Shown here: piece after piece, positions 9,725 to 20,880 of the stretch
How positions within the stretch are numbered: position 1 is the stretch's first letter
How the letters are laid out: each line of letters opens with the position of its first letter
Assembly: GCA_965230515.1 (NCBI GenBank)
Contig: OZ246007.1
Location: 2,585,270-2,649,269 of the forward strand
DNA length: 64,000 bases
DNA from: Pseudomonadales bacterium
GTDB taxonomy: Bacteria > Pseudomonadota > Gammaproteobacteria > Pseudomonadales > IMCC2047
Direction: 5' to 3'
The notes under the pieces: model-generated
What the model saw: the letters and a program-made list of their open reading frames with translations, nothing else
The model's database searches: none
What the model was told of the DNA's origin: nothing
Made by a program: the position numbers and the translations under genes

Positions 9725-10384
9725 TCAGTTGCGCAAGCTGATACAGGGCCAGCCCTGGGCGTTGGCGTGGGCCCGTAATGCCGGGTCGCCATCGACCACG
9801 AAGGGGTGATCGACATGCTGCAACAGGGGGAGATCATTTATCGAGTCACTGTATCCGTAACTGTCTTGTAATGATTGCCGGTGAGTGGCCAGCCACTCCT
9901 TGAGACGGGTAATTTTCCCATCCTGGTAAGCAGGGGTCCCGGCCACCTTCCCGGTAAAACGGTCTTCGCTCACTTCAGGATCCGTGGCAATGAAATCATC
10001 AACGCCAAGCAACTGGCAAATGGGGCCGGTAATGAAACTGTTGGTGGAGGTGATAATCAGAAGATAGTCACCCCGTTGACGGTGTTCCGCCAATAAAGCA
10101 CTTGCACTGTCCAGCAGCATGGGCTGTATCTTAAGTGCCATAAACTCATCATGAAACTGCTTCAGACTGTCACGGTCATGGGCTGCGAGCGGTGCTAGTG
10201 AAAAGTTAAGGTATTCCATTATATCCAGTCCGCCCTGCTGGTATTGCTGATAGAAATAGTCGTTCCGCTCCTTGTACTCGACCGAATCAACCAGGCCTTT
10301 CTCTATAAGAAACTCTCCCCAGGCGTGATCGCTGTCACCCGCAATCAGTGTGTTGTCCAGATCAAAAATAGCCAGCGCCATCAA
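9725..10384 (-). CDS. HAD-IB family hydrolase (SerB-like phosphatase)
   Basis: HAD motif I FDLDNTL, motif II ITSTN, C-terminal YSDSINDLPLL. Abuts the downstream DUF3047 gene with no gap. Confidence 0.75.
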   Translation of the reverse strand: MMALAIFDLDNTLIAGDSDHAWGEFLIEKGLVDSVEYKERNDYFYQQYQQGGLDIMEYLNFSLAPLAAHDRDSLKQFHDEFMALKIQPMLLDSASALLAEHRQRGDYLLIITSTNSFITGPICQLLGVDDFIATDPEVSEDRFTGKVAGTPAYQDGKITRLKEWLATHRQSLQDSYGYSDSINDLPLLQHVDHPFVVDGDPALRAHANAQGWPCISLRN

Positions 10385-10696
10385 TAAACCTCATGATAAT
10401 CATAAAAAGCGGCCTTATTATAACGACTTTATTCGAAAGGCGGTGAACTCTTGTTGGATAATCTTGACGGTCGAGTTCGGTCATTGATCGCCATCTATCT
10501 ACACTTCGTTACGCTTTGCCCGGTTAGATAAACGATACCGCTATTGTCGGTGTGTTGGGTATATTTATGCCAACGAGGGTGTCTTTGGCGGTTACAAAGA
10601 GAAAAATAATAACGGATTAATTAGGCGCTGCAATTGCAGTTGCACTGATATACGGGTAAATTCATTTAGAAACCATAAATAGTCAGGGCAGATGCA

Positions 10697-11173
10697 GTGA
10701 TAGATTCAGACGGGTTTCGTCCCAACGTTGGTATTGTATTGGCCAACACCAGGGGACAAGTGCTTTGGGCGCGCCGTATAGGACAGAATGCATGGCAGTT
10801 TCCACAGGGGGGTATCAAGACACACGAGCACCCTGAGGAGGCGCTTTTCCGTGAACTGGAAGAGGAGGTTGGATTACAGCAATCCGATGTTAAAGTGTTG
10901 GCGCAGACTCAGGGATGGTTGCGTTATCGTATTCCCAAGCAACTATTACGAAAAAAGTCGGCCCCGCTATGTGTCGGCCAAAAGCAGAAATGGTTTTTAC
11001 TGCAGATGCTTTGTCCGGATGACAAAGTTAAATTTGATCTGTTTGAAACCCCCGAGTTTGATCACTGGCGCTGGGTGAGTTATTGGTATCCGGTCAGCCA
11101 GGTGGTCTTGTTTAAAAGAGATGTCTACCGCAGGGCGCTTAAAGAGCTGGCGCCGGGTGTACGTTTAGATTGA
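10697..11173 (+). CDS. rppH: RNA pyrophosphohydrolase RppH (NudH)
   Basis: Nudix box [23 protein letters not shown]. The N-terminus [14 protein letters not shown] is typical RppH. GTG start. Conserved rppH-ptsP synteny. Confidence 0.9.
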   Translation: MIDSDGFRPNVGIVLANTRGQVLWARRIGQNAWQFPQGGIKTHEHPEEALFRELEEEVGLQQSDVKVLAQTQGWLRYRIPKQLLRKKSAPLCVGQKQKWFLLQMLCPDDKVKFDLFETPEFDHWRWVSYWYPVSQVVLFKRDVYRRALKELAPGVRLD

Positions 11174-11211
11174 GGGCCGGGATAGTTGGCAACCTGCCGT
11201 CAGGAGAATGA

Positions 11212-13494
11212 ATGCTTAGCACGTTACGCAGTATTGTACAGGAAGTAAATACAGCCACGGATCTTAAGTCTGCGCTGGATATTGTGGTGGATCGTGTGCA
11301 GAGAGCATTGGGTGCCAATGCCTGCGCAATGTATCAGCTTGATTCCAGTCATAGCCATTTCGTGCTTTGCGCAGCACGTGGTTTAAAAGAGGACGCAGTC
11401 GGGAAAGTTCGGTTAAAGCTTTCCGAAGGCCTGGTTGGGCTGGTTGGTACACGGGCGGAACCGCTCAATCTGGAAGAGGCTTCAACGCATCCCAGTTTTC
11501 AATATTTTCCGGAGACCGGAGAAGAGCAGTTTCACTCTTTTCTGGGTGTTCCGATTATCCATCATCGAAATGTTCTGGGCGTACTGATTGTTCAGGATGA
11601 AGAACAGCACAAGTTTGACGAAGATACGGAATCATTCCTGGTCACGCTGGCATCGCAGTTGGCGGTGGTTCTGGCTCATGCTTATGTTACCGGCGCTATT
11701 AAGCAGGTTAACCGGACCGGTCGTAAAAAATATGTTGTATTTGAAGGTGGTGCGGGTGCTCCGGGGGTCGCTATCGGAAAGGTGGTTGTTACCTACCCGC
11801 CGGCAGATTTAGATGCTGTGCCGGATAAACAGGTTAAGGATATTGAAGAAGAGTTGAGCCTGTTTAATCAATCCGTTCGAAACGTAAAGCGGGATGTGCG
11901 GGCGGTCAGTATTAAACTGTCGTCAAACCTGGGTGTTGAGGAGCGAGCGCTGTTCAATGTCTATATAAAGATTCTTGATGATAATGCGCTGGTAGGCGAA
12001 GTGGCTGAGCTGATTAAACAGGGCCAATGGGCACAGGGTGCCCTGCGTGATGTTATCAACCAGCACGTCAAAGCCTTTGAGTTAATGGATGATCCCTATC
12101 TGCGGGAAAGGTCGACCGATATTCGGGATTTGGGACGAAGAATCCTGGGTTATCTACAGGAAAAACAGCTGCAAAAAAGAGAGTTTCCCAATAATAGTAT
12201 CTTGATGGGGGAGGAGTTGACACCGGCTGACCTGGGTCTCGTGCCAAAGGGTAAACTGGCCGGTATGGTTTCTTTAAGAGGGTCGCGTAACTCGCATATT
12301 GCTATTTTGGCGAGGGCGATGGAGGTCCCGACCATTGTGGGTGCTGATCTGCCCTATAAGCAGATGGATGGCCTGGAAGTGATCGTTGACGGATATCAGG
12401 GAAAGGTATTCCCCAATCCCAATCCGGAGCTCAAGCAACATTTTGCGGCGGTCATCAAAGAAGAAAAGGCCATGGAGAAGGGGCTGGAAGCACTTGCAGG
12501 GCTTTCTGCCGAGACTCAGGACAAGTTTAAAATTCCCATACGTGTCAATACCGGTTTGCTGTCTGATGTGGCACGCTCTTTGGAACGTGGTGCCGAGGGC
12601 GTTGGTCTGTATCGTACAGAAGTGCCCTTTATGATGACCGACCATTTTCCCAGCGAAAAGCAGCAGCGCGAGTTTTACCGGGGGCATTTGGAAGCTTTTG
12701 CTCCTCACCCGGTGACCATGCGTACGCTGGATGTTGGCGGCGATAAAGAGTTACCCTATTTTCCAATTTCCGACGCCAACCCATTTCTGGGGTGGCGCGG
12801 GATACGCATTACCCTGGACCATCCTGAAATTTTTCTGGTGCAGGTGCGCGCCATGCTGCAGGCAAGCGAGGGACTGGATAATCTGCGCATCATGCTGCCG
12901 ATGATCTCCAATGTGACAGAGGTCGAGGAGGCATTGCATCACATACATCAAGCCTACTATGAAGTGAGGGAGGAGGGCTTTGATGTCATTATGCCTTCGG
13001 TTGGTGTGATGGTGGAGGTACCGGCTGCTGTTTATCAGGCCAGGGAGATGGCGCAGCGAGTGGACTTTTTATCTGTGGGCAGTAACGATCTGACACAGTA
13101 CATTCTGGCGGTTGATCGTAACAACAGCTATGTGGCCGATCTTTATCATAGTTATCATCCGGCGGTGCTAAAGGCGCTTCGATCGGTGGTTAATCAGGCC
13201 CATCTGGAAAACAAGCCGGTCAGTATTTGCGGTGAATTGGCTGGTGATCCCAGTGGCGCTATTCTGCTGCTGGCGATGGGTTATGATGAGCTGTCAATGA
13301 ATGCTTCCAATATACTGCGGGTCAAAGCAGCCATTCGTTCAGTATCCCTGAAACGTGCGAAGGAACTGTTGGAAGAGGTTCTGAAGATTGATTGCGCCGA
13401 TACAATCCAGAATACGATGAAACAGGCGCTTTCAGAGTTTGGCCTGGAAACCATCGATACCTCCATTCAAGATTCATCCAGCACCAGGCAGTGA
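11212..13494 (+). CDS. ptsP: Phosphoenolpyruvate-protein phosphotransferase PtsP (EI-Ntr, N-terminal GAF domain)
   Basis: 760 aa with a GAF N-terminus. Phospho-His region GSRNSHIAILARAM and a PEP-utilizing C-terminal domain (SVGSNDLTQY). Confidence 0.9.
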   Translation: MLSTLRSIVQEVNTATDLKSALDIVVDRVQRALGANACAMYQLDSSHSHFVLCAARGLKEDAVGKVRLKLSEGLVGLVGTRAEPLNLEEASTHPSFQYFPETGEEQFHSFLGVPIIHHRNVLGVLIVQDEEQHKFDEDTESFLVTLASQLAVVLAHAYVTGAIKQVNRTGRKKYVVFEGGAGAPGVAIGKVVVTYPPADLDAVPDKQVKDIEEELSLFNQSVRNVKRDVRAVSIKLSSNLGVEERALFNVYIKILDDNALVGEVAELIKQGQWAQGALRDVINQHVKAFELMDDPYLRERSTDIRDLGRRILGYLQEKQLQKREFPNNSILMGEELTPADLGLVPKGKLAGMVSLRGSRNSHIAILARAMEVPTIVGADLPYKQMDGLEVIVDGYQGKVFPNPNPELKQHFAAVIKEEKAMEKGLEALAGLSAETQDKFKIPIRVNTGLLSDVARSLERGAEGVGLYRTEVPFMMTDHFPSEKQQREFYRGHLEAFAPHPVTMRTLDVGGDKELPYFPISDANPFLGWRGIRITLDHPEIFLVQVRAMLQASEGLDNLRIMLPMISNVTEVEEALHHIHQAYYEVREEGFDVIMPSVGVMVEVPAAVYQAREMAQRVDFLSVGSNDLTQYILAVDRNNSYVADLYHSYHPAVLKALRSVVNQAHLENKPVSICGELAGDPSGAILLLAMGYDELSMNASNILRVKAAIRSVSLKRAKELLEEVLKIDCADTIQNTMKQALSEFGLETIDTSIQDSSSTRQ

Positions 13495-13510
13495 ACGCCG
13501 AATCCTGATA

Positions 13511-14296
13511 ATGAGCCTATATCTGTCCTATCTTCTGCTAGGCGCTTTTTCCGGAACGATTGCGGGTTTGCTTGGGCTTGGTGGTGGCATCGTCATTGTT
13601 CCGGCACTGGTGATAGCGCTAGAGATTCAGGGTGTTGACAGTTCCTTGATTATTCATATGGCTATCGCAACCTCACTGGCGACTATTCTGCTGACATCTT
13701 TGACCTCTATCTATACGCATCACCAGAACCAGGCCATTCGCTGGGAGATGTTTGGCGCTATTGCGATTGGTATTATGCTAGGAGCAGTAGTCGGGGTGGA
13801 AACGGCGATTAATCTGCCCGCTCAGTTGCTACTGAAAATCTTCGGCGGCTTTTTGTTGGTGGTCGCGTTGATGATAACCTTGAATGTTGCGCCCAATCCT
13901 GGCCGAACCATGCCCGGAACAACCGGAAGAGTCATCGCCGGGGCAGTGATTGGCTGGTTTTCTGCGTTATTGGGTATTGGTGGCGGCACCCTCAGCGTAC
14001 CCTTTTTTAGTTGGTGCAATTTGCGTATGCAGCAGGCGATCGGCTTGGCGGCGGCCTGTGGATTACCGATTGCCCTGGCCGGCACTTTGGTGAATATTTT
14101 TGAAGGCTGGGGAAGACCTGAGCTGCCACCCATGAGTCTTGGACATGTCTATCTGCCTGCTTTGCTGGCGATAGTACTAACCAGCATGCCGTTTGCCAGG
14201 CTCGGCGCCAATTTGGCCAGCAAAATTCCGGCGGCCCAGCTCAAGCAGGTATTTGCGCTGGCGCTTTTTGTGATCGGTATCAAATTCATTTTTTGA
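13511..14296 (+). CDS. TauE/SafE family anion exporter-like membrane protein
   Basis: Polytopic. Duplicated GLLGLGGG / LLGIGGG motifs are typical of the TauE/YfcA family. Start trimmed to the ATG at 13511 because the longer ORF overlaps the ptsP 3' end. Confidence 0.75.
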   Translation: MSLYLSYLLLGAFSGTIAGLLGLGGGIVIVPALVIALEIQGVDSSLIIHMAIATSLATILLTSLTSIYTHHQNQAIRWEMFGAIAIGIMLGAVVGVETAINLPAQLLLKIFGGFLLVVALMITLNVAPNPGRTMPGTTGRVIAGAVIGWFSALLGIGGGTLSVPFFSWCNLRMQQAIGLAAACGLPIALAGTLVNIFEGWGRPELPPMSLGHVYLPALLAIVLTSMPFARLGANLASKIPAAQLKQVFALALFVIGIKFIF

Positions 14297-14312
14297 CGGA
14301 GAACAGGGATTT

Positions 14313-15128
14313 GTGATTAGTTACCCTAATATTGACCCGGTCGCAGTTTCATTGGGACCGCTGAAAATCCATTGGTATGGCCTCATGTACCTGGTGGGAT
14401 TCGCAGGGGCGTGGTGGTTGGCGCAATATCGCTCTAGGCGCGAGGATACTCCGTTGAACGCTGTTCAGGTATCAGATCTGATTTTCTACGGTGCGTTGGG
14501 CGTTGTTTTGGGTGGAAGGGTCGGTTACGTACTTTTTTACCATTTCGATCAATTCCTACAGGACCCGCTGTGGATTTTTGCCATATGGGAAGGGGGCATG
14601 TCTTTCCACGGAGGCATGCTCGGTGTTATTGCTGCGCTATTTTTTTATGGTAAAAAACTCAACCTGAACCTCTTTGAGTTAACTGATTTTATTGCACCCA
14701 TGGTGCCTATTGGACTGGGCGCAGGACGTCTGGGTAATTTTATTGGAGGTGAATTGTGGGGGCGGGTAACCGATCTTCCCTGGGGGATGGTTTTTCCGCG
14801 TGCTGGCGAGCTGCCTCGTCATCCGTCCCAGCTCTATCAATTTGCTCTGGAAGGACTGCTTCTATTCCTGATACTCTGGTGGTATTCGGCGAAACCAAGG
14901 CCACGTATGGCTGTGTCCGGCCTGTTTTTAATATGCTATGGTGTGTTCCGCTTTTTGGTTGAGTTTGTTCGACAGCCGGATGCACACTTGGGGTATATCG
15001 CGTTTGGCTGGCTCACGATGGGCCAGTTACTTACACTGCCAATGGTGCTGGCGGGGCTGGTTTTGATGAGCTGGGGGTATCGGGCTCACCCGGTTAACTT
15101 AAAACAAGCCAAGATTAAAAAAAGATAA
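14313..15128 (+). CDS. lgt: Prolipoprotein diacylglyceryl transferase
   Basis: Typical Lgt sequence ([31 protein letters not shown]). GTG start. lgt-thyA synteny. Confidence 0.9.
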   Translation: MISYPNIDPVAVSLGPLKIHWYGLMYLVGFAGAWWLAQYRSRREDTPLNAVQVSDLIFYGALGVVLGGRVGYVLFYHFDQFLQDPLWIFAIWEGGMSFHGGMLGVIAALFFYGKKLNLNLFELTDFIAPMVPIGLGAGRLGNFIGGELWGRVTDLPWGMVFPRAGELPRHPSQLYQFALEGLLLFLILWWYSAKPRPRMAVSGLFLICYGVFRFLVEFVRQPDAHLGYIAFGWLTMGQLLTLPMVLAGLVLMSWGYRAHPVNLKQAKIKKR

Positions 15129-15140
15129 GTTCGGAGAGTT

Positions 15141-15941
15141 ATGCAGCAGTACCTGTCTTTAATGAAAGATGTGCTGGACAATGGCGTTGATAAAGAGGAC
15201 CGTACCGGTACCGGTACCCGATCAGTTTTTGGTCGGCAAATACGCTTTGATCTGGCGCAGGGTTTTCCTCTTGTGACTACCAAGAAATGTCATCTTCGCT
15301 CCATTATTTATGAGTTGTTATGGTTTTTGCGCGGAGATACAAATATTCAGTATCTTCAGGAAAACGGTGTGACCATCTGGGATGAGTGGGCTGATGAACA
15401 GGGCAATCTGGGGCCTGTCTATGGTGAGCAATGGCGCTCCTGGAAAACGCCGGACGGTGAAACGGTTGACCAGATAAGTAATGTCATTGAGCAACTGCAG
15501 CATAATCCTGATAGCCGGCGCATTATGGTGGTTGCCTACAATCCGGGCGTAGCAGACAAAATGGCATTGCCTCCCTGTCATTCATTGTTTCAGTTTTATG
15601 TCGCTAAAGGGCGGCTTTCCTGCCAGCTTTACCAGCGTTCCGCGGATCTGTTTCTGGGCGTGCCTTTTAATATCGCTTCCTACGCGCTGTTAACACATAT
15701 GCTGGCTCAGCAGACCAACCTGGATGTTGGCGAATTTATTCATACCTTTGGTGACTGTCATCTTTATCGCAATCACCTGACTGAAGATATCGTCTATGAG
15801 CAACTACGACGTGAACCACGGGCATTACCCCGGTTGGTGATTAAGCGCAAACCTGACACATTATTTGATTATTGTTACGAGGATTTTGATATTCAGGGGT
15901 ATGATCCTCATCCGGTTATTAAAGCACCCGTAGCGGTTTGA
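15141..15941 (+). CDS. thyA: Thymidylate synthase
   Basis: [22 protein letters not shown], catalytic Cys in LPPCH, and the [16 protein letters not shown] motif. Confidence 0.95.
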   Translation: MQQYLSLMKDVLDNGVDKEDRTGTGTRSVFGRQIRFDLAQGFPLVTTKKCHLRSIIYELLWFLRGDTNIQYLQENGVTIWDEWADEQGNLGPVYGEQWRSWKTPDGETVDQISNVIEQLQHNPDSRRIMVVAYNPGVADKMALPPCHSLFQFYVAKGRLSCQLYQRSADLFLGVPFNIASYALLTHMLAQQTNLDVGEFIHTFGDCHLYRNHLTEDIVYEQLRREPRALPRLVIKRKPDTLFDYCYEDFDIQGYDPHPVIKAPVAV

Positions 15942-15998
15942 TCACATTTTCTGAATTTCTACTATAATGGAAGTTAAATTGATCAAGCTTGGGCAATA

Positions 15999-16385
15999 AT
16001 GATGATAGAGCCAACGACGCAGGAAAGACGAGCCAGTGAACGGTATCACGCCTACCAGTACACAGCCTATATAAAAAGACATGGCTGGCTGGGAAAAGTT
16101 GGTTTTAGAAAAGAGGCCGCGGTGCTGGACTTTAATCGTCATGGAATTGGCCTTTGTTGTGACCAGAAATACAAGGTGGGCGAAAGACTGAATCTCTCTA
16201 TTCAATCGGCAACCGAGCGTGTTTCAGATGTTCAGGCCGTGGTCTGTTATATGCGTCGACAGCGGGGTGAAAGCATACTGGGTTTGCAGTTCCTGGAAGA
16301 GGAAAGGCTCGATCCGGTTCCCTGTAGTGCGCCGAAAAGTGTGCTGGCTGGAATGGAACAGGTAATTTTAAGGCAGCTCGCCTAG
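15999..16385 (+). CDS. Small PilZ-like domain protein
   Basis: RxxxR (RASER) is followed about 30 aa later by DFNRHG. This is a variant of (D/N)xSxxG with Ser replaced by Asn, so c-di-GMP binding is uncertain. Confidence 0.45.
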   Translation: MMIEPTTQERRASERYHAYQYTAYIKRHGWLGKVGFRKEAAVLDFNRHGIGLCCDQKYKVGERLNLSIQSATERVSDVQAVVCYMRRQRGESILGLQFLEEERLDPVPCSAPKSVLAGMEQVILRQLA

Positions 16386-16398
16386 AGGATGCAGTATA

Positions 16399-16510
16399 AT
16401 CTGTGGCGTTAGAAACTTTGCTAAGGAAGTCAGCATTAGCGGCAGTTCCTGCCTTGCAGCTAAAGCTTTCAGGTCTCGCAGAGGCATTAAGGAATTATTC
16501 AGAGATTCCC
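16399..16510 (-). repeat. Half copy (~112 bp) of the MITE-like element at 39019-39283, in inverted orientation
   Basis: The reverse complement aligns at about 90% identity by eye to 39019-39130, including one 32-nt terminal repeat (16479-16510). No second terminal repeat was found. Confidence 0.7.
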
Positions 16511-16513
16511 TAG

Positions 16514-17134
16514 ATGATATCGGCACTTGAAAAAGTGATATTACTGGCCGGTCTGCTGACTGCTCTGATCGTTTCTTATATCAATCCCTATGATCGGTTG
16601 ACCTGGTATCTGGAAACCTTCCCAGTGTTGATCGGGTTGCCGATGGTTATTCTGACCTATCGCCGTTTTCCGTTAACGCCACTCTGTTATCGATTGCTGT
16701 TTGTTCATGCGCTGATCCTTATCCTGGGAGCGCATTATACCTATGCCCGCGTGCCCTTCGGGTTCTGGATTCAGGATCTCTTTGAGTTCACGCGCAACCA
16801 CTATGACCGCATTGGACATATCGCTCAGGGGTTTGTTCCGGCAATACTGGCCCGTGAAATACTGTTGCGATGCTCACCTTTGGTCACTGGAAAATGGTTG
16901 TTCCTAATCGTTACCTCCATTTGTCTGGCATTCAGTGCTTTCTATGAAATGATTGAGTGGTGGGCAGCCGTTATTGCTGGCGAGGCATCGATAGAATTTC
17001 TGGGCACCCAGGGTGATGTCTGGGATACGCAGTGGGATATGTTCCTCGCACTGCTGGGAGCCATGGCTGCGCAGCTATTGTTGGGCTCCAGTCACAGTAA
17101 GGCGCTGGCACGGTTGCCAAATCGGCTGAAATAG
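16514..17134 (+). CDS. DUF2238 (YjdF-like) inner membrane protein
   Basis: 206 aa polytopic protein. The motif NHYDRIGHIAQGFVPAILAREILLR is recalled from the YjdF/DUF2238 family. The start directly abuts the repeat element and has no clear SD, so it is uncertain. Confidence 0.55.
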   Translation: MISALEKVILLAGLLTALIVSYINPYDRLTWYLETFPVLIGLPMVILTYRRFPLTPLCYRLLFVHALILILGAHYTYARVPFGFWIQDLFEFTRNHYDRIGHIAQGFVPAILAREILLRCSPLVTGKWLFLIVTSICLAFSAFYEMIEWWAAVIAGEASIEFLGTQGDVWDTQWDMFLALLGAMAAQLLLGSSHSKALARLPNRLK

Positions 17135-17252
17135 CCAGGGCTGCAACTGAAATGCCTGTCGGCAATCCGGGCAAAAATCCGTGGGTGAAACTCTTTTATA
17201 ATGGCTGTAGAACCGCTAGAGTGTGAGTCATCTCTGAATTCTGGCCGGTCAC

Positions 17253-18482
17253 ATGTCTGAACAACAATCTCTCAAACGTGTTATTGGACTCCCGCTGATC
17301 ACGCTCTATGGTATCGGTACCATTGTTGGTGCGGGGATCTATGTGCTGATCAGCAAGGTGGCGGCAACCAGCGGCTATCATGCGCCAATCTCTTTTCTGG
17401 TATCTGCCATTGTGGTTGCCTTTACCGCGCTCTCCTACGCAGAACTATCCAGCCGGTTTCCGCGCAGTGCTGGAGAAGCTTTTTATGTCAGTGAAGCGTT
17501 TTCCCTAAGTTGGTTATCCCAATTTGTCGGTCTGGCAGTTGTAGCGACGGGGATTGTCTCGGCAGCGACTATCACGCGGGGGTTTGTTGGCTACTTTAGT
17601 CTTTTTGTGGCCATGGATGGTTGGCTGATCATGTTGATGCTGGTGACCGGAATTGCATTGTTGGCTATATGGGGCGTTGCGGAATCGTTGAGAGCCGCTG
17701 CAATCATTACCTGTATTGAGGTGGCTGGTATTTTTATTGTATTGGCCTCCACCCAGCAGCATTGGACAACTCCGCCATCAGACTGGGCACTCTATATTCC
17801 GGAATTTAACCTGTCGACCTGGACGCCGATTGGTCTGGGAGCATTTTTAGCTTTTTTTGCGTTTATCGGTTTTGAAGACATGGTCAATATGGCGGAGGAG
17901 GTCAAAGAGGTACGTAGCACCCTTCCAAAAGCAATTATTCTGGCACTGGTGGTTACTACGATACTCTATATGCTGGTAGCCTGGGCAGCGGTGCGCGCAC
18001 TTCCCATGGATAAGTTGATGCAATCTGAAGCGCCGTTTGCGGACCTGGTTGCGGATAGTCAGTGGATGCCGGTGTGGGGTATTACCTTGATAAGTCTGCT
18101 GGCGATTAGCAATGGTGCGCTGATACAGGTGATTATGGGGGCCAGAGTGCTTTACGGTATGGCCTGTCAGCGTTTAATGCCCCACTGGCTGAGCCGAATC
18201 AACAGGCAAACACGAACACCGGTCAATGCAACCGCTGTGGTCGCGATGATTGTATTGCTATTTGCATGGCTGTTGCCGCTGGAACAACTGGCCAAGGTGA
18301 CCAGTTTTATTATTATCTGTGTTTTTGCGATGGTTAACCTGTCGTTGCTGCGAATTAAAATTAGGGACAGGAAATCGACATCAGATGACGATACTGTGGT
18401 AATTCGCTATCCTTTCGTCGTACCCCTGTTGGGATTGCTTTTAACTTGTGCGCTGTTAAGTGTTCAGCTTTTGGGAGAATAG
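17253..18482 (+). CDS. APC superfamily amino acid permease
   Basis: 409 aa, about 11-12 TM segments. N-terminal GIGTIVGAGIYVL motif is typical of APC transporters. Confidence 0.8.
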   Translation: MSEQQSLKRVIGLPLITLYGIGTIVGAGIYVLISKVAATSGYHAPISFLVSAIVVAFTALSYAELSSRFPRSAGEAFYVSEAFSLSWLSQFVGLAVVATGIVSAATITRGFVGYFSLFVAMDGWLIMLMLVTGIALLAIWGVAESLRAAAIITCIEVAGIFIVLASTQQHWTTPPSDWALYIPEFNLSTWTPIGLGAFLAFFAFIGFEDMVNMAEEVKEVRSTLPKAIILALVVTTILYMLVAWAAVRALPMDKLMQSEAPFADLVADSQWMPVWGITLISLLAISNGALIQVIMGARVLYGMACQRLMPHWLSRINRQTRTPVNATAVVAMIVLLFAWLLPLEQLAKVTSFIIICVFAMVNLSLLRIKIRDRKSTSDDDTVVIRYPFVVPLLGLLLTCALLSVQLLGE

Positions 18483-18487
18483 AAGAA

Positions 18488-18991
18488 GTGAGATTGGCTC
18501 TAATTGTGGCAATGTCTGAAAATCGGGTAATCGGCGTGAACAATAATTTACCCTGGTATTTGCCTGAAGACCTCAAATATTTCAAGTCAATCACCATGGG
18601 CAAGCCCATTATTATGGGGCGTAAAACCTTTGATTCCATTGGCAAGCCGTTACCGGGAAGAACCAATATCGTGGTCAGTCGTAATCCCGGTACTGAGTTA
18701 GACGGCTGCAGTGTTGTTCCGACTTTAGAGGAAGCGGTAGAGCTCTCCGAAAATATCGGTTTGATTGACGGCGCCAGCGAAGCGATTGTGATTGGCGGCG
18801 CCCAGATTTATGAACTGTCGCTGCCTCTGGTGGATCGAATTTACCTGACGGAAGTGCATGCCGAGGTGCATGGTGATAGCTATTTCCCCGCTTTTGATCG
18901 TGGCGATTGGCAGGAGGTAGGGCGTGAGACTTTTTATGCCGAAGATGAAAATCCCTATGACTATAGCTTTGTCGTTCTAGATCGGCTTTGA
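18488..18991 (+). CDS. folA: Dihydrofolate reductase
   Basis: MRLALIVAMSENRVIGVNNNLPWYLPEDLKYFKSITMGKPIIMGRKTF is collinear with E. coli FolA. GTG start at 18488; the longer ORF overlaps the permease. Confidence 0.9.
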   Translation: MRLALIVAMSENRVIGVNNNLPWYLPEDLKYFKSITMGKPIIMGRKTFDSIGKPLPGRTNIVVSRNPGTELDGCSVVPTLEEAVELSENIGLIDGASEAIVIGGAQIYELSLPLVDRIYLTEVHAEVHGDSYFPAFDRGDWQEVGRETFYAEDENPYDYSFVVLDRL

Positions 18992-19101
18992 GTCCCCTGC
19001 TGAGCGGTTGAAGTAGACTGAACATTAGTGGTTGAAGACTGTCTCAGGCTGAGAGGCAAGGAAACATGGGCCTGTTGAAGCGCAACAACAAGGGAGTTGC
19101 A

Positions 19102-19632
19102 ATGAAATTTCTTAAGTATCTGTTCTCGATTATCACTGTTGTTGTGGTAATTGGTTTACTGCTGCCGTCACATACCCACGTAGAGCGGTCAGTGATAATT
19201 CAGGCGCCAGCGAACGCTGTTTTTCCTTATATCAATAACTTTAGCCAATTTAACAAATGGTCCCCCTGGGCCCGCAAGGATCCCAATACGACCTATGAAT
19301 TTTCTGGCCCCGAGTCGGGTGTTAACAGTGAGATGAGTTGGCAGAGTGAGCACCCTGAGGTGGGGATCGGGTCGCAAAAAATTATTGCCTCAAGGCCCTA
19401 TCAATCTGTCCAGGTTTTTCTCGATTTCGGGGGAAAAGGGGAGGCGCAGGCAAGCTACCAATTGGAACAGGTCAGTAGCGGAACCAAAATAACCTGGTCA
19501 TTGGATATGGATCATGGGTGGGACCTGTTAGGCCGAATTTTCGGGCTGATGATGGATGGTATGGTGGGGCCCGATTATGAAGCGGGCTTGAGTAACCTTA
19601 AGCAAGTTGCGGAAGCAGATACGGCAGGGTAA
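19102..19632 (+). CDS. Membrane-anchored SRPBCC (START/polyketide cyclase-like) family protein
   Basis: N-terminal TM segment followed by an SRPBCC-like pattern (ERSVIIQAPANAVFPYINNFSQFNKWSPW). An alternative ATG at 19066 is possible. Confidence 0.5.
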   Translation: MKFLKYLFSIITVVVVIGLLLPSHTHVERSVIIQAPANAVFPYINNFSQFNKWSPWARKDPNTTYEFSGPESGVNSEMSWQSEHPEVGIGSQKIIASRPYQSVQVFLDFGGKGEAQASYQLEQVSSGTKITWSLDMDHGWDLLGRIFGLMMDGMVGPDYEAGLSNLKQVAEADTAG

Positions 19633-19711
19633 CCTGACTGTTTCGGCAAATGTGTCAAATTCAGCAATCGCTGATATCGAAAGTAAATATGAATAAAAAG
19701 GATGAATTCAA

Positions 19712-20107
19712 ATGAAAAAACTGTTTTTGTTAATTGCCCTGCTGCCATTAATGCCAGCGCTTGGTATTGCCCAGCAACCGACTGGAATGAGTCAGGAACA
19801 GATGATGCAGATGATGCAAAACGCCCAGCGTATGCAGGAGTGTATGTCCCGGGTTAACCAGCAGGCCTTGATGGAGATCGGTCAGCGAGCCAAAGGGATG
19901 GAGTCTGAAGTGAAGGCGCTTTGCCAGGCTGGCAAGCGAAGGCAGGCTGAAAAGACGGCGATCGCTTTTGGTCTGGAAATCTCGAACGATGAGAATGTGA
20001 AAATGGCCAGGGAGTGTGGTGAAATGATGCGCGGTAGCATGCCCGATATGAAATACCCCACCAGCGAAGAGGATTTTAAGGATCGCAATATTTGCGATGG
20101 TTATTAA
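19712..20107 (+). CDS. Hypothetical secreted Met/Gln-rich protein with 4 Cys
   Basis: Clear signal peptide and an ORF of reasonable length in an otherwise empty gap. No recognisable family. Confidence 0.4.
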   Translation: MKKLFLLIALLPLMPALGIAQQPTGMSQEQMMQMMQNAQRMQECMSRVNQQALMEIGQRAKGMESEVKALCQAGKRRQAEKTAIAFGLEISNDENVKMARECGEMMRGSMPDMKYPTSEEDFKDRNICDGY

Positions 20108-20142
20108 CATCGGAATCCGTTGGGCATCAGTGAAGGTGATGA

Positions 20143-20880
20143 GTGCGTAGCATTCAATCCATTGTCGTGCTGACAGGAGCCGGGGTGTCTGCTGAATCCG
20201 GCATCAAGACCTTTCGGGATGCCGATGGTCTTTGGGAGCAGCATCGAATTGAGGATGTAGCGTCTCCTGAAGGTTTCGCGGCAAACCCCGAGTTGGTTCA
20301 TAACTTTTATAACCTGCGTCGCCGGCAATTGGTTAACGATGTAGAACCCAATTCAGCTCATCTGGCACTGGCTGAACTGGAGAACCGTTTTAACGGAAGT
20401 TACCTGCTGGTTACGCAGAATATTGATGATCTCCATGAGCGAGCGGGATCCGAAAAAGTGCTCCATATGCACGGAGAGCTGTTAAAAATCCGTTGTCAGA
20501 TCAGTGGCAAGGTTTACCCGTGGCGGGAAGATTTGACCGTACAGGAGCAATGTGATTGTTGTGGAAAACAGGGGCAATTGCGACCTCATGTGGTCTGGTT
20601 TGGTGAGATGCCGCTGGAGATGGAGCGAATTAATCAAGCCCTGTCAGAAGCGGATCTGTTTGTCGCTATCGGAACCTCGGGCAACGTTTACCCTGCAGCA
20701 GGATTTGTATCGGTGGCGGCACGGTCGGGTGCGCATACCCTGGAGATTAACCTGGAACCCTCCTCAGTACAGTCGGCGTTTCAGGATCATGTTTACGGGC
20801 CAGCAGGCGAGCGGGTACCGGAGTTTGTTGAAAGATTACTACGATCAAACCAAGTGGGTGAATGTGGAGAAGCTTTATGA
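20143..20880 (+). CDS. cobB: NAD-dependent protein deacylase (Sir2 family)
   Basis: [26 protein letters not shown] and Zn-ribbon cysteines (CQ..., CDCCG). GTG start. Confidence 0.9.
   Translation: MRSIQSIVVLTGAGVSAESGIKTFRDADGLWEQHRIEDVASPEGFAANPELVHNFYNLRRRQLVNDVEPNSAHLALAELENRFNGSYLLVTQNIDDLHERAGSEKVLHMHGELLKIRCQISGKVYPWREDLTVQEQCDCCGKQGQLRPHVVWFGEMPLEMERINQALSEADLFVAIGTSGNVYPAAGFVSVAARSGAHTLEINLEPSSVQSAFQDHVYGPAGERVPEFVERLLRSNQVGECGEAL

Noticed and set aside
10626-10637. 12-bp perfect palindrome CTGCAATTGCAG upstream of rppH
   Set aside because: It is a single short palindrome with no second copy and no obvious relation to a promoter, so it could easily be chance.
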